A stretch of DNA of 64,000 nt from Burkholderiales bacterium. GTDB lineage: Bacteria; Pseudomonadota; Gammaproteobacteria; Burkholderiales; JALYOK01. The first letter of the stretch is position 1; each line of letters opens with the position of its first letter. Positions 28,051-38,061 of the stretch are shown one piece after another. The notes under the pieces were generated by a model that saw only the letters and a list, made by a program, of their open reading frames with translations, ran no database searches and was not told the origin of the DNA. The position numbers and the translations under genes were made by a program. The stretch spans positions 5,222 to 69,221 of the forward strand of contig JBKJHT010000202.1 of the NCBI GenBank assembly GCA_046598945.1. The letters are read 5' to 3'.

Positions 28051-29114
28051 TGATCGCGCTGGAAAATTTCTTCGGGCCGGTATGGCCGCTGATCTGGACG
28101 GTGGCGAAAATTTTGGTCATCGTGTTGCCGCTGACGATCTGCGTCGCCATGCTGACTTATTTCGAGCGCAAAGTTATTGGCTTCATGCAAGTGCGCGTCG
28201 GTCCGAACCGTGTCGGCCCGCGCGGATTGCTGCAGCCGTTCGCCGACGTGCTGAAAATGTTGATGAAAGAAATTGTCATCCCATCAGGGTCGAGCAAATA
28301 TCTATTCATCATCGCACCGATCTTATCGCTCGCCCCGGCCTTGGTTGCGTGGGCGGTCATGCCGTTCACGCCAGAAAAGGTATTCGCCAACGTCGACGCG
28401 AGTTTATTGTTCATTATGGCGATCACGTCCATGGGCGTGTACGGCGTCATCATCGCCGGTTGGGCGTCGAATTCCAAATATGCGTTCATCGGCAGCTTAC
28501 GCTGTGCGGCGCAAATCGTTTCTTATGAAATCGCCATGGGCTTCGCGCTGGTCACGGTAATTATGGTGTCCGGTAGTTTGAATCTGGTGAAGATCGTCGA
28601 GGCGCAGGGCCATGGCATGCTGCACGGCAGTTTCTTATCCTGGAACTGGTTGCCGTTGCTGCCGATGTTCGTCGTGTATTTCATCGCAGCGGTAGCCGAA
28701 ACCAATCGGGCGCCGTTTGACGTGGCGGAAGGCGAATCGGAAATCGTCGCCGGTTTCCACGTGGAATATTCCGGCATCGCCTTCGGATTATTTTTCTTGG
28801 CGGAATACGCCAACATGATTTTGGTTTCAGCACTGGCCGCCATGATGTTCCTCGGTGGCTGGTTACCACCGGTGCGGATCGGTTTCCTTGAGCAAGTTCC
28901 GCTGATTAACTGGTTGGTGTTGCCGGGTATGCATTGGCTGTTCTTAAAAATTGCATTCTTATTGTTTTGCTTCTTGTGGTTCCGCGCGACGTTCCCGCGC
29001 TACCGCTATGATCAGATCATGCGCCTCGGTTGGAAGGTGCTTATTCCCCTCACGATTGTATGGCTAGTGGTGATTGGCGCGTGGATGCAAACCCCCTGGA
29101 CAATCTGGAAATAA
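28050..29114 (+). CDS. nuoH: NADH-quinone oxidoreductase subunit H
   Basis: [49 protein letters not shown]. Confidence 0.95.
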   Translation: MIALENFFGPVWPLIWTVAKILVIVLPLTICVAMLTYFERKVIGFMQVRVGPNRVGPRGLLQPFADVLKMLMKEIVIPSGSSKYLFIIAPILSLAPALVAWAVMPFTPEKVFANVDASLLFIMAITSMGVYGVIIAGWASNSKYAFIGSLRCAAQIVSYEIAMGFALVTVIMVSGSLNLVKIVEAQGHGMLHGSFLSWNWLPLLPMFVVYFIAAVAETNRAPFDVAEGESEIVAGFHVEYSGIAFGLFFLAEYANMILVSALAAMMFLGGWLPPVRIGFLEQVPLINWLVLPGMHWLFLKIAFLLFCFLWFRATFPRYRYDQIMRLGWKVLIPLTIVWLVVIGAWMQTPWTIWK

Positions 29115-29117
29115 ATC

Positions 29118-29606
29118 ATGGGTGCGATTAAAGAATTCTTCAGCAGTTTGATGTTGACCGAGCTTCGCAAGGGCATGATGCTTACCGGTCGGCATTTCTT
29201 CGAACGCAAGATTACGGTGCAGTTTCCCGAGGAGAAAACGCCGCAGTCGCCACGTTTTCGAGGGCTGCATGCGCTGCGCCGTTATCCCAATGGCGAGGAA
29301 CGCTGCATCGCTTGCAAGTTATGCGAAGCGGTTTGCCCGGCGCTGGCGATCACCATCGAATCAGAGCAGCGCGATGACGGCACGCGCCGCACCACGCGCT
29401 ATGACATCGATCTGACCAAGTGCATCTTCTGCGGCTTCTGCGAAGAGTCCTGCCCGGTGGATGCCATCGTCGAAACCAGGATCCTCGAATACCACGGCGA
29501 GACGCGCGGCGACTTGGTTTACACCAAAGAGATGTTGCTGGCGATCGGCGATCGTTATGAAGAACAGATCGCGAAGGATCGCGCCGAGGACGCACCGTAC
29601 CGATAA
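29118..29606 (+). CDS. nuoI: NADH-quinone oxidoreductase subunit I
   Basis: Two 4Fe-4S motifs, [12 protein letters not shown] and [12 protein letters not shown]. Confidence 0.95.
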   Translation: MGAIKEFFSSLMLTELRKGMMLTGRHFFERKITVQFPEEKTPQSPRFRGLHALRRYPNGEERCIACKLCEAVCPALAITIESEQRDDGTRRTTRYDIDLTKCIFCGFCEESCPVDAIVETRILEYHGETRGDLVYTKEMLLAIGDRYEEQIAKDRAEDAPYR

Positions 29607-29627
29607 TGGATTGTTTGATTATTCAAA

Positions 29628-29752
29628 TGCCAATGGCTTGTAGAGGTAATGGCCCTGGCCCTAGGCCACCCCGTAGGCCACCCAGTATTCACGCGGCTCC
29701 CAGGCAATGCATCGCCGCGAGCCAGTATCCGTGCGGCTCCTGGCTAGGTCAT
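29628..29752. repeat. Copy of dispersed intergenic repeat family (long form) between nuoI and nuoJ
   Basis: GAGGTAATGGCCCTGGCCCTAGGCCACCCCGTAGGCCACCCAGTATTCACGCGGCTCCCAGGCAATGCATCGCCGCGAGCCAGTATCCGTGCGGCTCCTGGCTAGG aligns along most of its length with 36183-36282. Confidence 0.7.
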
Positions 29753-29775
29753 AGTTTGCAATTAATCCCATTGCT

Positions 29776-30390
29776 ATGACGCTGCATACGGTCTGCTTTT
29801 ATTTTTTCTCCACGGTCCTCGTGCTCGCCGCGCTGCGCGTGATCACGGCGCGTAACCCGGTTCACGCTGCGTTGTCGCTCGTGCTCGCGTTCTTTACCGC
29901 CGCGTGTTTGTGGATGATGCTACAAGCCGAGTTCTTGGCGATCACCCTCGTCCTCGTATATGTCGGCGCGGTGATGGTGTTATTCCTATTCGTGGTGATG
30001 ATGCTGGATATCAATATCGATCAACTGCGCGAGGGTTTCTGGAAATATTTTCCGCTCGGTTTAACGGTCGCGGTGCTGATGGTGATCGAGATGGGTATGG
30101 TGTTCGCCCACAAACGCTTTAGCTTAGAAAATCTGCCGACGCCCGCTTCAAAGCCCGTGGACTACAGCAATACGGCGGAGCTCGGCCGGGTGCTCTATAC
30201 CGACTATGTCTATCCCTTTGAAATCGCTGCGGTGATTTTGTTGGTGGCCATCGTCGCCGCGATCGCGCTGACCCTGCGTCGCCGCAAAGAAACCAAGTAT
30301 CAAAATCCGGCGGAGCAAGTTCGCGTCAAGCGCGCCGACCGGATTCGTATCGTCAAGATGCCCAGCTCGAACGCGAGCCAAGAACCATGA
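29776..30390 (+). CDS. nuoJ: NADH-quinone oxidoreductase subunit J
   Basis: [35 protein letters not shown]; operon position. Confidence 0.9.
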   Translation: MTLHTVCFYFFSTVLVLAALRVITARNPVHAALSLVLAFFTAACLWMMLQAEFLAITLVLVYVGAVMVLFLFVVMMLDINIDQLREGFWKYFPLGLTVAVLMVIEMGMVFAHKRFSLENLPTPASKPVDYSNTAELGRVLYTDYVYPFEIAAVILLVAIVAAIALTLRRRKETKYQNPAEQVRVKRADRIRIVKMPSSNASQEP

Positions 30391-30692
30391 TCTCGTTATC
30401 CCATTATTTGATCCTCGGCGCGATTTTGTTCGCCATCAGCATCGTCGGTATTTTCTTGAATCGGAAAAACGTCATCATCTTGCTAATGGCTATCGAATTG
30501 ATGTTGCTGGCGGTGAACATGAATTTCATCGCCTTCTCCCATTATCTGAACGACATCGCGGGGCAAGTTTTCGTTTTCTTTATCCTCACGGTTGCCGCGG
30601 CGGAATCCGCCATCGGCCTGGCGATTCTGGTGGTGCTGTTCCGTAACCTCAACACCATTAATGTCGATGACCTCGACCAACTCAAGGGTTAA
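30387..30692 (+). CDS. nuoK: NADH-quinone oxidoreductase subunit K
   Basis: 101 aa, three TM helices, [14 protein letters not shown] ... [13 protein letters not shown]. Confidence 0.95.
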   Translation: MISLSHYLILGAILFAISIVGIFLNRKNVIILLMAIELMLLAVNMNFIAFSHYLNDIAGQVFVFFILTVAAAESAIGLAILVVLFRNLNTINVDDLDQLKG

Positions 30693-30698
30693 GCCAAC

Positions 30699-32690
30699 GT
30701 GAAACCCTTGCTCCTCATCATTCCTTTTGCGCCGCTGCTCGGCGCCATTGTGGCCGGTTTCTTCGGCCGCGTTATCGGTCGCAGCGCCAGCCACCGCATC
30801 ACCATTGGCCTATTGATCGTATCGTGCGTCGGCGCCTTTATGGTGTTGCACGATGTGATGAACGGCTATCGATTCAACGGTAGCCTGTACACCTGGATGA
30901 TCAGCGACGGCGTGCGCTTCGAAGTCGGATTCTTGATCGATGCGCTGTCGGCGATGATGATGGTGGTGGTGACTTTCGTCTCGCTCATGGTGCACATCTA
31001 CACCATCGGCTACATGGCCGAAGACCCAGGCTACTCGCGCTTCTTCAGCTACATATCGCTGTTTACGTTCGCGATGTTGATGCTGGTGATGTCGAATAAT
31101 TTCCTGCAGTTGTTCTTTGGCTGGGAAGCAGTTGGCTTGGTGTCCTATTTGTTAATCGGCTTTTGGTACACCCGGCCGACGGCGATCTACGCGAACTTAA
31201 AGGCTTTTCTCGTGAATCGCGTCGGCGATTTTGGATTCATTCTCGGCATCGGGCTGGTGCTGGCGTATTTCGGCTCCATGGATTACGCGGAAGTTTTTAT
31301 CCGCGCACCGGAAATGGCCGGAAAAACCATCGAGCTGTTTCCGGGTGTGCCGTGGATGGTGATGACGGTGATTTGCATTTTGTTATTCATCGGCGCCATG
31401 GGTAAGTCGGCGCAATTTCCGCTGCATGTGTGGTTGCCGGATTCCATGGAAGGCCCGACCCCAATTTCCGCATTAATCCACGCGGCGACCATGGTGACCG
31501 CCGGTATATTCATGGTCGCGCGCATGTCGCCGCTGTTCGAGATGTCCGATACGGCGTTGTCGTTTGTGCTGGTGATCGGCGCGATCACCGCGCTGTTCAT
31601 GGGTTTCCTCGGCATCGTGCAGAATGATATTAAGCGCGTCGTTGCCTATTCCACGCTGTCGCAACTCGGTTACATGACCGTTGCCCTTGGCGCGTCGGCT
31701 TATCAAGTGGCGATCTTCCATTTGATGACCCATGCGTTTTTCAAAGCGTTGCTATTTTTGGCTGCCGGTTCGGTGATCATGGGCATGCACCACGATCAAG
31801 ACATCCGCAACATGGGCGGTCTGCGTAAATATATGAAAATCACGTGGATCACCTCGCTGGTCGGATCCCTCGCGCTGATCGGTACGCCGTTCTTGTCGGG
31901 CTTTTACTCGAAGGACAGCATCATCGAGGCGGTCGCGTTTTCCGATCTTCCCGGCGCCGGCTTCGCCCATTTCGCCGTGTTGGCCGGTGTGTTCGTCACG
32001 GCCTTTTATTCTTTCCGCATGTATTTCCTGGTGTTCCACGGCAAGGAGCGCTTTGGCCATAACAATGTCCATCAAGATCACCATGACGATCATCATGGCC
32101 ATGGGGGCACGCCACACGAATCGCCGTGGATGGTGACGTTGCCGCTCATCGCCCTCGCTATCCCATCCTTGTTGATCGGTTTTTTCGCGATCGCGCCGCT
32201 AGAGTTCGGTGGATTTTTTGCCGAGGCGATCAAGATTGCGCCGGAACACAAAGCGATGGCAGAGATGGCAAAAGAGTTCCATGGCCCCGTCGCGATGGCG
32301 ATGCATTCGCTTTCGACGATGCCCCTGTGGCTCGCGCTCGCCGGCGTTGTACTGGCGTGGTTTTTCTATCTCAAGCGGCCCGATATTCCCGCGAAAATTA
32401 AATCCACGTTTAGTCCGGTTCATCGCATGTTGGAAAACAAATATGGTTTCGACATGTTTAACGACTGGTTTTTCGCCGGTGGTGCGCGCGGATTAGGTGG
32501 CGGATTATGGCGCGTTGGCGACGTCAAAATTATTGACGGCATCGTGAATGGCAGCGCCAAAATAGTTGGCTGGATCGCAAGCTGGGTGCGCCGTTACCAG
32601 ACCGGATTCATTTATCACTACGCCTTTACGATGATTATCGGCGTGTTTGGATTTCTCACCTTGTTTTGGTTTCACTACCTTAAGCACTAA
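30699..32690 (+). CDS. nuoL: NADH-quinone oxidoreductase subunit L
   Basis: 663 aa antiporter-like subunit (FFGWEAVGLVSYLLIGFW, GKSAQFPLHVWLPDSMEGPTP) with a His-rich loop and long C-terminal lateral-helix region. Confidence 0.95.
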   Translation: MKPLLLIIPFAPLLGAIVAGFFGRVIGRSASHRITIGLLIVSCVGAFMVLHDVMNGYRFNGSLYTWMISDGVRFEVGFLIDALSAMMMVVVTFVSLMVHIYTIGYMAEDPGYSRFFSYISLFTFAMLMLVMSNNFLQLFFGWEAVGLVSYLLIGFWYTRPTAIYANLKAFLVNRVGDFGFILGIGLVLAYFGSMDYAEVFIRAPEMAGKTIELFPGVPWMVMTVICILLFIGAMGKSAQFPLHVWLPDSMEGPTPISALIHAATMVTAGIFMVARMSPLFEMSDTALSFVLVIGAITALFMGFLGIVQNDIKRVVAYSTLSQLGYMTVALGASAYQVAIFHLMTHAFFKALLFLAAGSVIMGMHHDQDIRNMGGLRKYMKITWITSLVGSLALIGTPFLSGFYSKDSIIEAVAFSDLPGAGFAHFAVLAGVFVTAFYSFRMYFLVFHGKERFGHNNVHQDHHDDHHGHGGTPHESPWMVTLPLIALAIPSLLIGFFAIAPLEFGGFFAEAIKIAPEHKAMAEMAKEFHGPVAMAMHSLSTMPLWLALAGVVLAWFFYLKRPDIPAKIKSTFSPVHRMLENKYGFDMFNDWFFAGGARGLGGGLWRVGDVKIIDGIVNGSAKIVGWIASWVRRYQTGFIYHYAFTMIIGVFGFLTLFWFHYLKH

Positions 32691-32695
32691 TAAGA

Positions 32696-34180
32696 ATGCC
32701 GCACGCGTTTCCCTATTTGAGCTGGTCCATTTGGCTGCCGATCGTGGTGGGTGTCATGGTTCTTGCGGTCGGCGCCAAGCGCAACACCGAGGCGGCAAAA
32801 TGGATTGCGCTGGTTGGCGCTATTGCCGGCTTTTTGGTCACGCTTCCGTTGTATCAGCATTTCAGACTTGATACCGGTGCAATGCAGTTTGAAGAGATGG
32901 CGCCGTGGATTCGCGGCCTTAACATCAACTATCACCTCGGCGTCGACGGCATTTCCGTTTGGTTCGTGTTGCTGAATAGCTTCATGACAATTTTGGTCGT
33001 GATCGCGGCTTGGGTCGTAGTGGAAAAAAAGGTTGCGCAATATTTAGCCGCGTTCTTGATCATGTCGGGCTTGATCAATGGTTCGTTCGTTGCCCTCGAT
33101 GCGATTTTGTTCTACGTATTTTTCGAGGCGACGCTGATCCCGATGTACCTCATCATCGGCATCTGGGGCGGGCCGAACCGAATCTATGCGGCGATCAAGT
33201 TTTTCCTCTACACCTTGCTCGGCTCGTTGTTGATGCTCGCGGCGTTCATCTATTTATATTTCCAAGCCGGCCAGAGTTTTGAGATTCTGAAATTCCACAA
33301 GACCATGCTGGCGCTGCAACCGCAGTTGCTGATCTTCATCGCGTTCTTTTTGTCGTTTGCGGTGAAAGTGCCCATGTGGCCGGTGCATACCTGGTTGCCC
33401 GACGCCCACGTCGAGGCGCCGACCGGCGGCTCGGTGATCTTGGCGGCCATTACCTTGAAGCTTGGCGCATACGGTTTCCTGCGATTTAGTTTGCCTATCG
33501 TTCCGGACGCGAGTCACGTCGCCGCGCCTTATGTGATCGCGCTATCGCTGGTCGCCGTCGTGTACATCGGGTTGGTGGCGTTGGTGCAAGCGGACATGAA
33601 AAAACTCATCGCCTATTCGTCCATCGCCCACATGGGTTTTGTCACGCTCGGCATATTCATTTTCAACGTGCTTGGTATCGAGGGCGCGTTGGTGCAAATG
33701 GTTTCCCACGGTTTTATTTCCGCCGCCATGTTTCTGTGCGTCGGCGTGATGTACGACCGCGTGCATTCGCGCCAGATCGCCGACTACGGTGGCGTGGTGA
33801 ATACCATGCCGATATTCGCGTCGTTCTTTATGCTCTTTGCGATGGCGAATTCTGGATTGCCGGGCACCAGCGGTTTTGTCGGCGAGTTCATGGTGATTCT
33901 GGGTGCGGTCAAGGTCAATTTTTGGTATGCCTTCCTCGCCGCGACCACGCTGATCTTCGGCGCGGCCTATACCTTGTGGATGTACAAGCGCGTGATATTT
34001 GGTCCCGTCGCCAACGATCAAGTGGCGAAACTAAAAGACATTGACGGGCGCGAGTTCGTTTTCCTCGCGCTGCTGGCTGTGGCGGTATTGTTCATGGGGC
34101 TTTATCCGAAGCCTTTCACCGATGTTATGCACGCTTCCGTGATGGAATTGCTCAGTCACGTGGCGCAGAAAAAGTTCTAA
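32696..34180 (+). CDS. nuoM: NADH-quinone oxidoreductase subunit M
   Basis: FAVKVPMWPVHTWLPDAHVEAPTGGSVILA; 494 aa. Confidence 0.95.
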   Translation: MPHAFPYLSWSIWLPIVVGVMVLAVGAKRNTEAAKWIALVGAIAGFLVTLPLYQHFRLDTGAMQFEEMAPWIRGLNINYHLGVDGISVWFVLLNSFMTILVVIAAWVVVEKKVAQYLAAFLIMSGLINGSFVALDAILFYVFFEATLIPMYLIIGIWGGPNRIYAAIKFFLYTLLGSLLMLAAFIYLYFQAGQSFEILKFHKTMLALQPQLLIFIAFFLSFAVKVPMWPVHTWLPDAHVEAPTGGSVILAAITLKLGAYGFLRFSLPIVPDASHVAAPYVIALSLVAVVYIGLVALVQADMKKLIAYSSIAHMGFVTLGIFIFNVLGIEGALVQMVSHGFISAAMFLCVGVMYDRVHSRQIADYGGVVNTMPIFASFFMLFAMANSGLPGTSGFVGEFMVILGAVKVNFWYAFLAATTLIFGAAYTLWMYKRVIFGPVANDQVAKLKDIDGREFVFLALLAVAVLFMGLYPKPFTDVMHASVMELLSHVAQKKF

Positions 34181-35623
34181 ATGACCACGCTCAATCTGTT
34201 TCCGGCCTACCCCGAAATTTTCCTTATCTCGGCGATCTGCGTGATCCTGGTGTTGGATTTGTTTGTCTCGGATTCTCGGCGCGTGGTCACTTATTTGCTC
34301 ACGCAATTGACTTTGCTTGGCACGATTATGATTTTGAGCATGACCACGCAATCGGCCAGCACGCTCACCTTCCACGACATGTTCGTCGACGATTTCATGG
34401 CCGACACCTTGAAGATCATGTGTTGTTTTGTGTTGTCCGTATTACTGGTGTTGAGCCGCCAGTATTTGCTGGTGCGCGGCCTATTCAGCGGCGAATTTTT
34501 CATTCTGATTTTGTTTGCGCTGCTCGGCATGATGGTGATGATTTCCGCCCATCATTTCCTGACACTCTACCTCGGCCTGGAATTGCTAACCTTGTCATCC
34601 TACGCGCTGGTCGCGTTGGAGCGAGATTCCACCCGGGCGACGGAAGCGGCGATGAAGTATTTCGTGCTCGGTGCGCTCGCGTCGGGATTATTGTTGTACG
34701 GCATGTCGATGTTGTACGGCGCCACCGGCACCCTAGATATTGCGCAAGTCTCGCAAGCGGTGCGCCATGGTATCAGCGGTGACAAGACCGTGCTGGTATT
34801 CGGCCTGGTGTTTATCGTTGCGGGCCTGGCGTTCAAGCTCGGCGCCGTGCCGTTTCACATGTGGATTCCCGATGTCTACCACGGCGCGCCGACAGCGGTG
34901 ACGTTGTTCATTGGCTCCGCGCCGAAGATTGCCGCATTCGCGTTCGTCATGCGTTTGTTGGTGTCGGGCCTCGAACCGCTGGTCGCCGATTGGCGCGACA
35001 TGCTGATCATTCTCGCCGTATTGTCTATGGCCGTTGGCAACATCGCCGCGATCGCGCAGACCAATTTGAAGCGCATGCTCGCTTATTCGACCATTTCCCA
35101 CATGGGATTCCTATTACTGGGAATATTGTCGGGTACCCACAACGGTTACAGTTCGTCGATGTTTTACATCATCACCTACGTGCTCACCAATCTCGGCGCC
35201 TTCGGCATGATCATGTTGTTATCACGCGCCGGCTTCGAAGCCGAAAATATCGAAGATTTTAAAGGCCTCAATCAGCGCAATTCCTGGTACGCATTTTTGA
35301 TGTTGCTAGTCATGATTTCGCTGGCTGGGTTGCCGCCCGCGGTCGGATTTTTCGCTAAACTGGCGGTATTGCAAGCGGTGTTGCAGGTGGGTTACGTCTG
35401 GGTGGTGGTCGTGGCGGTGCTGTTCTCGCTGGTCGGCGCGTACTACTATTTGCGACTGGTCAAGGTCATGTACTTCGATACATCGACGGATCCATCACTG
35501 ATTCAGCCCGAATCGGACATGCGCCTCATGATCAGCGTTAGCGGCGTCGCCGTGCTCGCGCTAGGCTTATTTTCCCAACCGTTGCTGGCGTTGTGCGCGT
35601 TCGCAATCGATCGATCATTTTAA
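34181..35623 (+). CDS. nuoN: NADH-quinone oxidoreductase subunit N
   Basis: [24 protein letters not shown]; 480 aa; last nuo gene. Confidence 0.95.
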   Translation: MTTLNLFPAYPEIFLISAICVILVLDLFVSDSRRVVTYLLTQLTLLGTIMILSMTTQSASTLTFHDMFVDDFMADTLKIMCCFVLSVLLVLSRQYLLVRGLFSGEFFILILFALLGMMVMISAHHFLTLYLGLELLTLSSYALVALERDSTRATEAAMKYFVLGALASGLLLYGMSMLYGATGTLDIAQVSQAVRHGISGDKTVLVFGLVFIVAGLAFKLGAVPFHMWIPDVYHGAPTAVTLFIGSAPKIAAFAFVMRLLVSGLEPLVADWRDMLIILAVLSMAVGNIAAIAQTNLKRMLAYSTISHMGFLLLGILSGTHNGYSSSMFYIITYVLTNLGAFGMIMLLSRAGFEAENIEDFKGLNQRNSWYAFLMLLVMISLAGLPPAVGFFAKLAVLQAVLQVGYVWVVVVAVLFSLVGAYYYLRLVKVMYFDTSTDPSLIQPESDMRLMISVSGVAVLALGLFSQPLLALCAFAIDRSF

Positions 35624-35629
35624 GCGTTC

Positions 35630-36178
35630 ATGAGCGAAGCGCCGAACGATTACACCGAACACGAAGTCTCCTCGACCACGGTCTATCAAGGCGCACTGTT
35701 GCGCGTCAAGGAAGATCGCATCACGTTACCCAACGGCCAACCCGCCAAACGCGAATACATCGAACATCAAGGCGCCGTGCTCATCATTCCGCTGCTCGAT
35801 GACAACAGCGTCGTTCTCGAACGGCAATATCGTTATCCGGTGCGGCAACATTGCTACGAATTGCCAGCCGGAAAAAAAGAACTAGGTGAGGCATCGCTCC
35901 TGACGGCCCAGCGTGAACTCAAAGAAGAAACCGGTTACGAAGCGAACGACTGGCGATCCCTCGGCAGCCTGCTTCCCTCGATCGGCTATTCCGATGAACA
36001 CATCGAATTTTTCATTGCGCGGGATTTGCGTTTCACCGGCATCGCGCGAGATGAGGGCGAATTCCTGGACGTGTTTACGCTGACGCTCGATGACGCAATT
36101 GCGTGGATCATGTCGGGCAAGATCAAGGACGTCAAAACGATTGCCGCCATTTTTTGGGCGAAGCATTTGATCGCATAA
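35630..36178 (+). CDS. NUDIX hydrolase (ADP-ribose pyrophosphatase-like)
   Basis: Nudix box GKKELGEASLLTAQRELKEETGY. Its position after nuoN is common. Confidence 0.8.
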   Translation: MSEAPNDYTEHEVSSTTVYQGALLRVKEDRITLPNGQPAKREYIEHQGAVLIIPLLDDNSVVLERQYRYPVRQHCYELPAGKKELGEASLLTAQRELKEETGYEANDWRSLGSLLPSIGYSDEHIEFFIARDLRFTGIARDEGEFLDVFTLTLDDAIAWIMSGKIKDVKTIAAIFWAKHLIA

Positions 36179-36182
36179 GCGG

Positions 36183-36282
36183 TTGCCGGAGAGGCAATAG
36201 CCCTGGGCTACCCCGTCCCGGTGCGGCTCGCAGACCATGCATCGCCAGAAGGCAATAGCCATGCGGCTCGTGGCAAAGGCGC
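36183..36282. repeat. Copy of dispersed intergenic repeat family (long form)
   Basis: GAGAGGCAATAGCCCTGGGCTACCCCGTCCCGGTGCGGCTCGCAGACCATGCATCGCCAGAAGGCAATAGCCATGCGGCTCGTGGCAAAGG is homologous to 29628-29752. Shared blocks are GCGGCTC, CATGCATCGCC and TGCGGCTC(C/G)TGGC. Confidence 0.7.
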
Positions 36283-36311
36283 CGCTTTTCATGAGATGAG
36301 CGCCAAAGGCA

Positions 36312-36394
36312 GGATCAAGCGGAGTGGATCCACCTCGCTGATCATGGCCCACCACGTTTCGTCGACGCTTTGGTGGATCCGCTTTGCTTGATCC
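36312..36394. repeat. 23-nt imperfect inverted repeat
   Basis: GGATCAAGCGGAGTGGATCCACC (36312-36334) against GGTGGATCCGCTTTGCTTGATCC (36372-36394), whose reverse complement is GGATCAAGCAAAGCGGATCCACC. Confidence 0.7.
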
Positions 36395-36420
36395 ACCCTA
36401 CAACGGCTGTTCGCAACGAC

Positions 36421-37305
36421 TTAAGGTTTGGTAGCCGTCATGCCGGTTGCAACGGAACGCGGATCGCGTTTTTCCCAACGGCCACTCGCCTGAGCCAAGT
36501 AAAATTCGCTCAACGCGCGATTGAACGCATCGGGCTCTTCGATATTCAACGTATGCCCGGTGCGCGGTAACACCACTAACGCCGAGGTCTGGATCTGACG
36601 CTTAAGAAATAACGACGCTTCTAAGCACGCCTCGTCTTCATCGCCCGTGACGATCAAGGTCGGCACATCAATCTTAGCAATCGAATCTTTCAGCTCCCAC
36701 AACGACGGTCGCTGCGCCTGCACGCCGCGTTGGGTTAGCGCCGAGCCGGTGGGCGAGTGTTGCGCAAGCTGGTCGGCAAATTCGCGCCACGCGCGTGGAT
36801 CTTTGTTTTGGAGTTGCACCCGCGCTGGGCCGAGGGAATATTTCTCGGCCAAATATTTGCCGCCTTCCTGTTCGATATGCCTTGCCACTTCCTCCGATTC
36901 GTTGCGAAACCGCGCTTTTTGCGATGGCTCCGAGCCGTAACCACAACCCGCAACCACCAAGGACAGCGCGCGTTGGGGATAGGTGATACCCACATGCACG
37001 GTCGCGAAACCGCCCATCGACAGCCCGACGACATGCGCTTTGGCGATGCCCAAATGATCCATCACGGCAATCACGTCGTCGCGCGCGTGTTGCTGCGAAT
37101 AGGCATTTGGATCGCTCGGCACATCAGAGGGCGGATAACCGCGCGCGCCGTAGGTGATGCAACGATAGTAGCGGGAAAAAAATCGGATCTGCGGTTCCCA
37201 ACTACGATGATCGCCGGCGAATTCGTGTACGAACACGATGGGCGTACCAGTGCCGGTTTCTTCAAAATAGAGGTTTATACCGTCACGGGTTTTAGCATGG
37301 GGCAT
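36421..37305 (-). CDS. Alpha/beta-fold hydrolase
   Basis: HEFAGDHRSW and the nucleophile elbow VVGLSMGG; 294 aa. Confidence 0.8.
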   Translation of the reverse strand: MPHAKTRDGINLYFEETGTGTPIVFVHEFAGDHRSWEPQIRFFSRYYRCITYGARGYPPSDVPSDPNAYSQQHARDDVIAVMDHLGIAKAHVVGLSMGGFATVHVGITYPQRALSLVVAGCGYGSEPSQKARFRNESEEVARHIEQEGGKYLAEKYSLGPARVQLQNKDPRAWREFADQLAQHSPTGSALTQRGVQAQRPSLWELKDSIAKIDVPTLIVTGDEDEACLEASLFLKRQIQTSALVVLPRTGHTLNIEEPDAFNRALSEFYLAQASGRWEKRDPRSVATGMTATKP

Positions 37306-37308
37306 GAT

Positions 37309-38010
37309 TCATTTCCAGTAGCTAGGAATTTGTATGACGGGAACTTCGATCACCTCTTCCAGCCAAAGTTTTGCGCGTTCCCGATGTTTTTGTTGCGAGA
37401 CGCGATCGTTGCGTTGCTTGGCAAAAATGTATCCTCCTTCATTATCCAGCGCGACTAAGATCAGGCGCTCGTAGATGAACTGCCGCTCTTGATCGTTGTT
37501 CGCTTGAAATTTCGCATCCTTGGCGAGATCGCGTCGGAAGCGTTTGGTTAACTTTTCCATTTGCGCACGATCCGGCCCTTTTCCTTGGGAGTAAACGTTG
37601 TAGGTCAGCGATACGAAAAATGCATACGACCGCGCAATGTCGTTCAACTCCCAGCCGCGCTTGATCGCGTGCGCTTTATATTTTTCCAAGTAGGCAATCG
37701 CTTTTTGCTGACTCTGGGCGGCCTCGACTTTATTTTTTTCCTGGCTGGCATACCAGCTCGGCGCAACGTAGGCCGCAACCGGCGTGAACGCCGTTGTACA
37801 GCCGGCCGGTTTTTTGTCGCAGGGTATCGTGTTTGCCGTGCTGTTCGCGGGCGCTGCGACTGAATTTTTTACATCGGTGGGTGTGGTGGGCTTCGCCGAT
37901 TTCTTGAGCGTATCTTCTATCTTGACCTGGGCGATGCTCGACGCTAGCCCGAGAACAAAAAGGGACAGCGCGAACAAAATTTTGCGTAGCCACGGAGTTT
38001 GCTGCATCAA
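37309..38010 (-). CDS. Hypothetical secreted protein
   Basis: Signal peptide (ALSLFVLGLASSIAQV). No family recognised. It sits 3 nt upstream of the hydrolase gene, so it is probably co-transcribed. Confidence 0.55.
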   Translation of the reverse strand: MMQQTPWLRKILFALSLFVLGLASSIAQVKIEDTLKKSAKPTTPTDVKNSVAAPANSTANTIPCDKKPAGCTTAFTPVAAYVAPSWYASQEKNKVEAAQSQQKAIAYLEKYKAHAIKRGWELNDIARSYAFFVSLTYNVYSQGKGPDRAQMEKLTKRFRRDLAKDAKFQANNDQERQFIYERLILVALDNEGGYIFAKQRNDRVSQQKHRERAKLWLEEVIEVPVIQIPSYWK

Positions 38011-38061
38011 TCGTCTTTCCTTGAAAATAACGGCGCCAATATTTATAAATGGACGCGGAAT

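Noticed and set aside
36757-37458. 233-aa plus-strand ORF
   Set aside because: It is antisense to the alpha/beta hydrolase and to the adjacent hypothetical gene.
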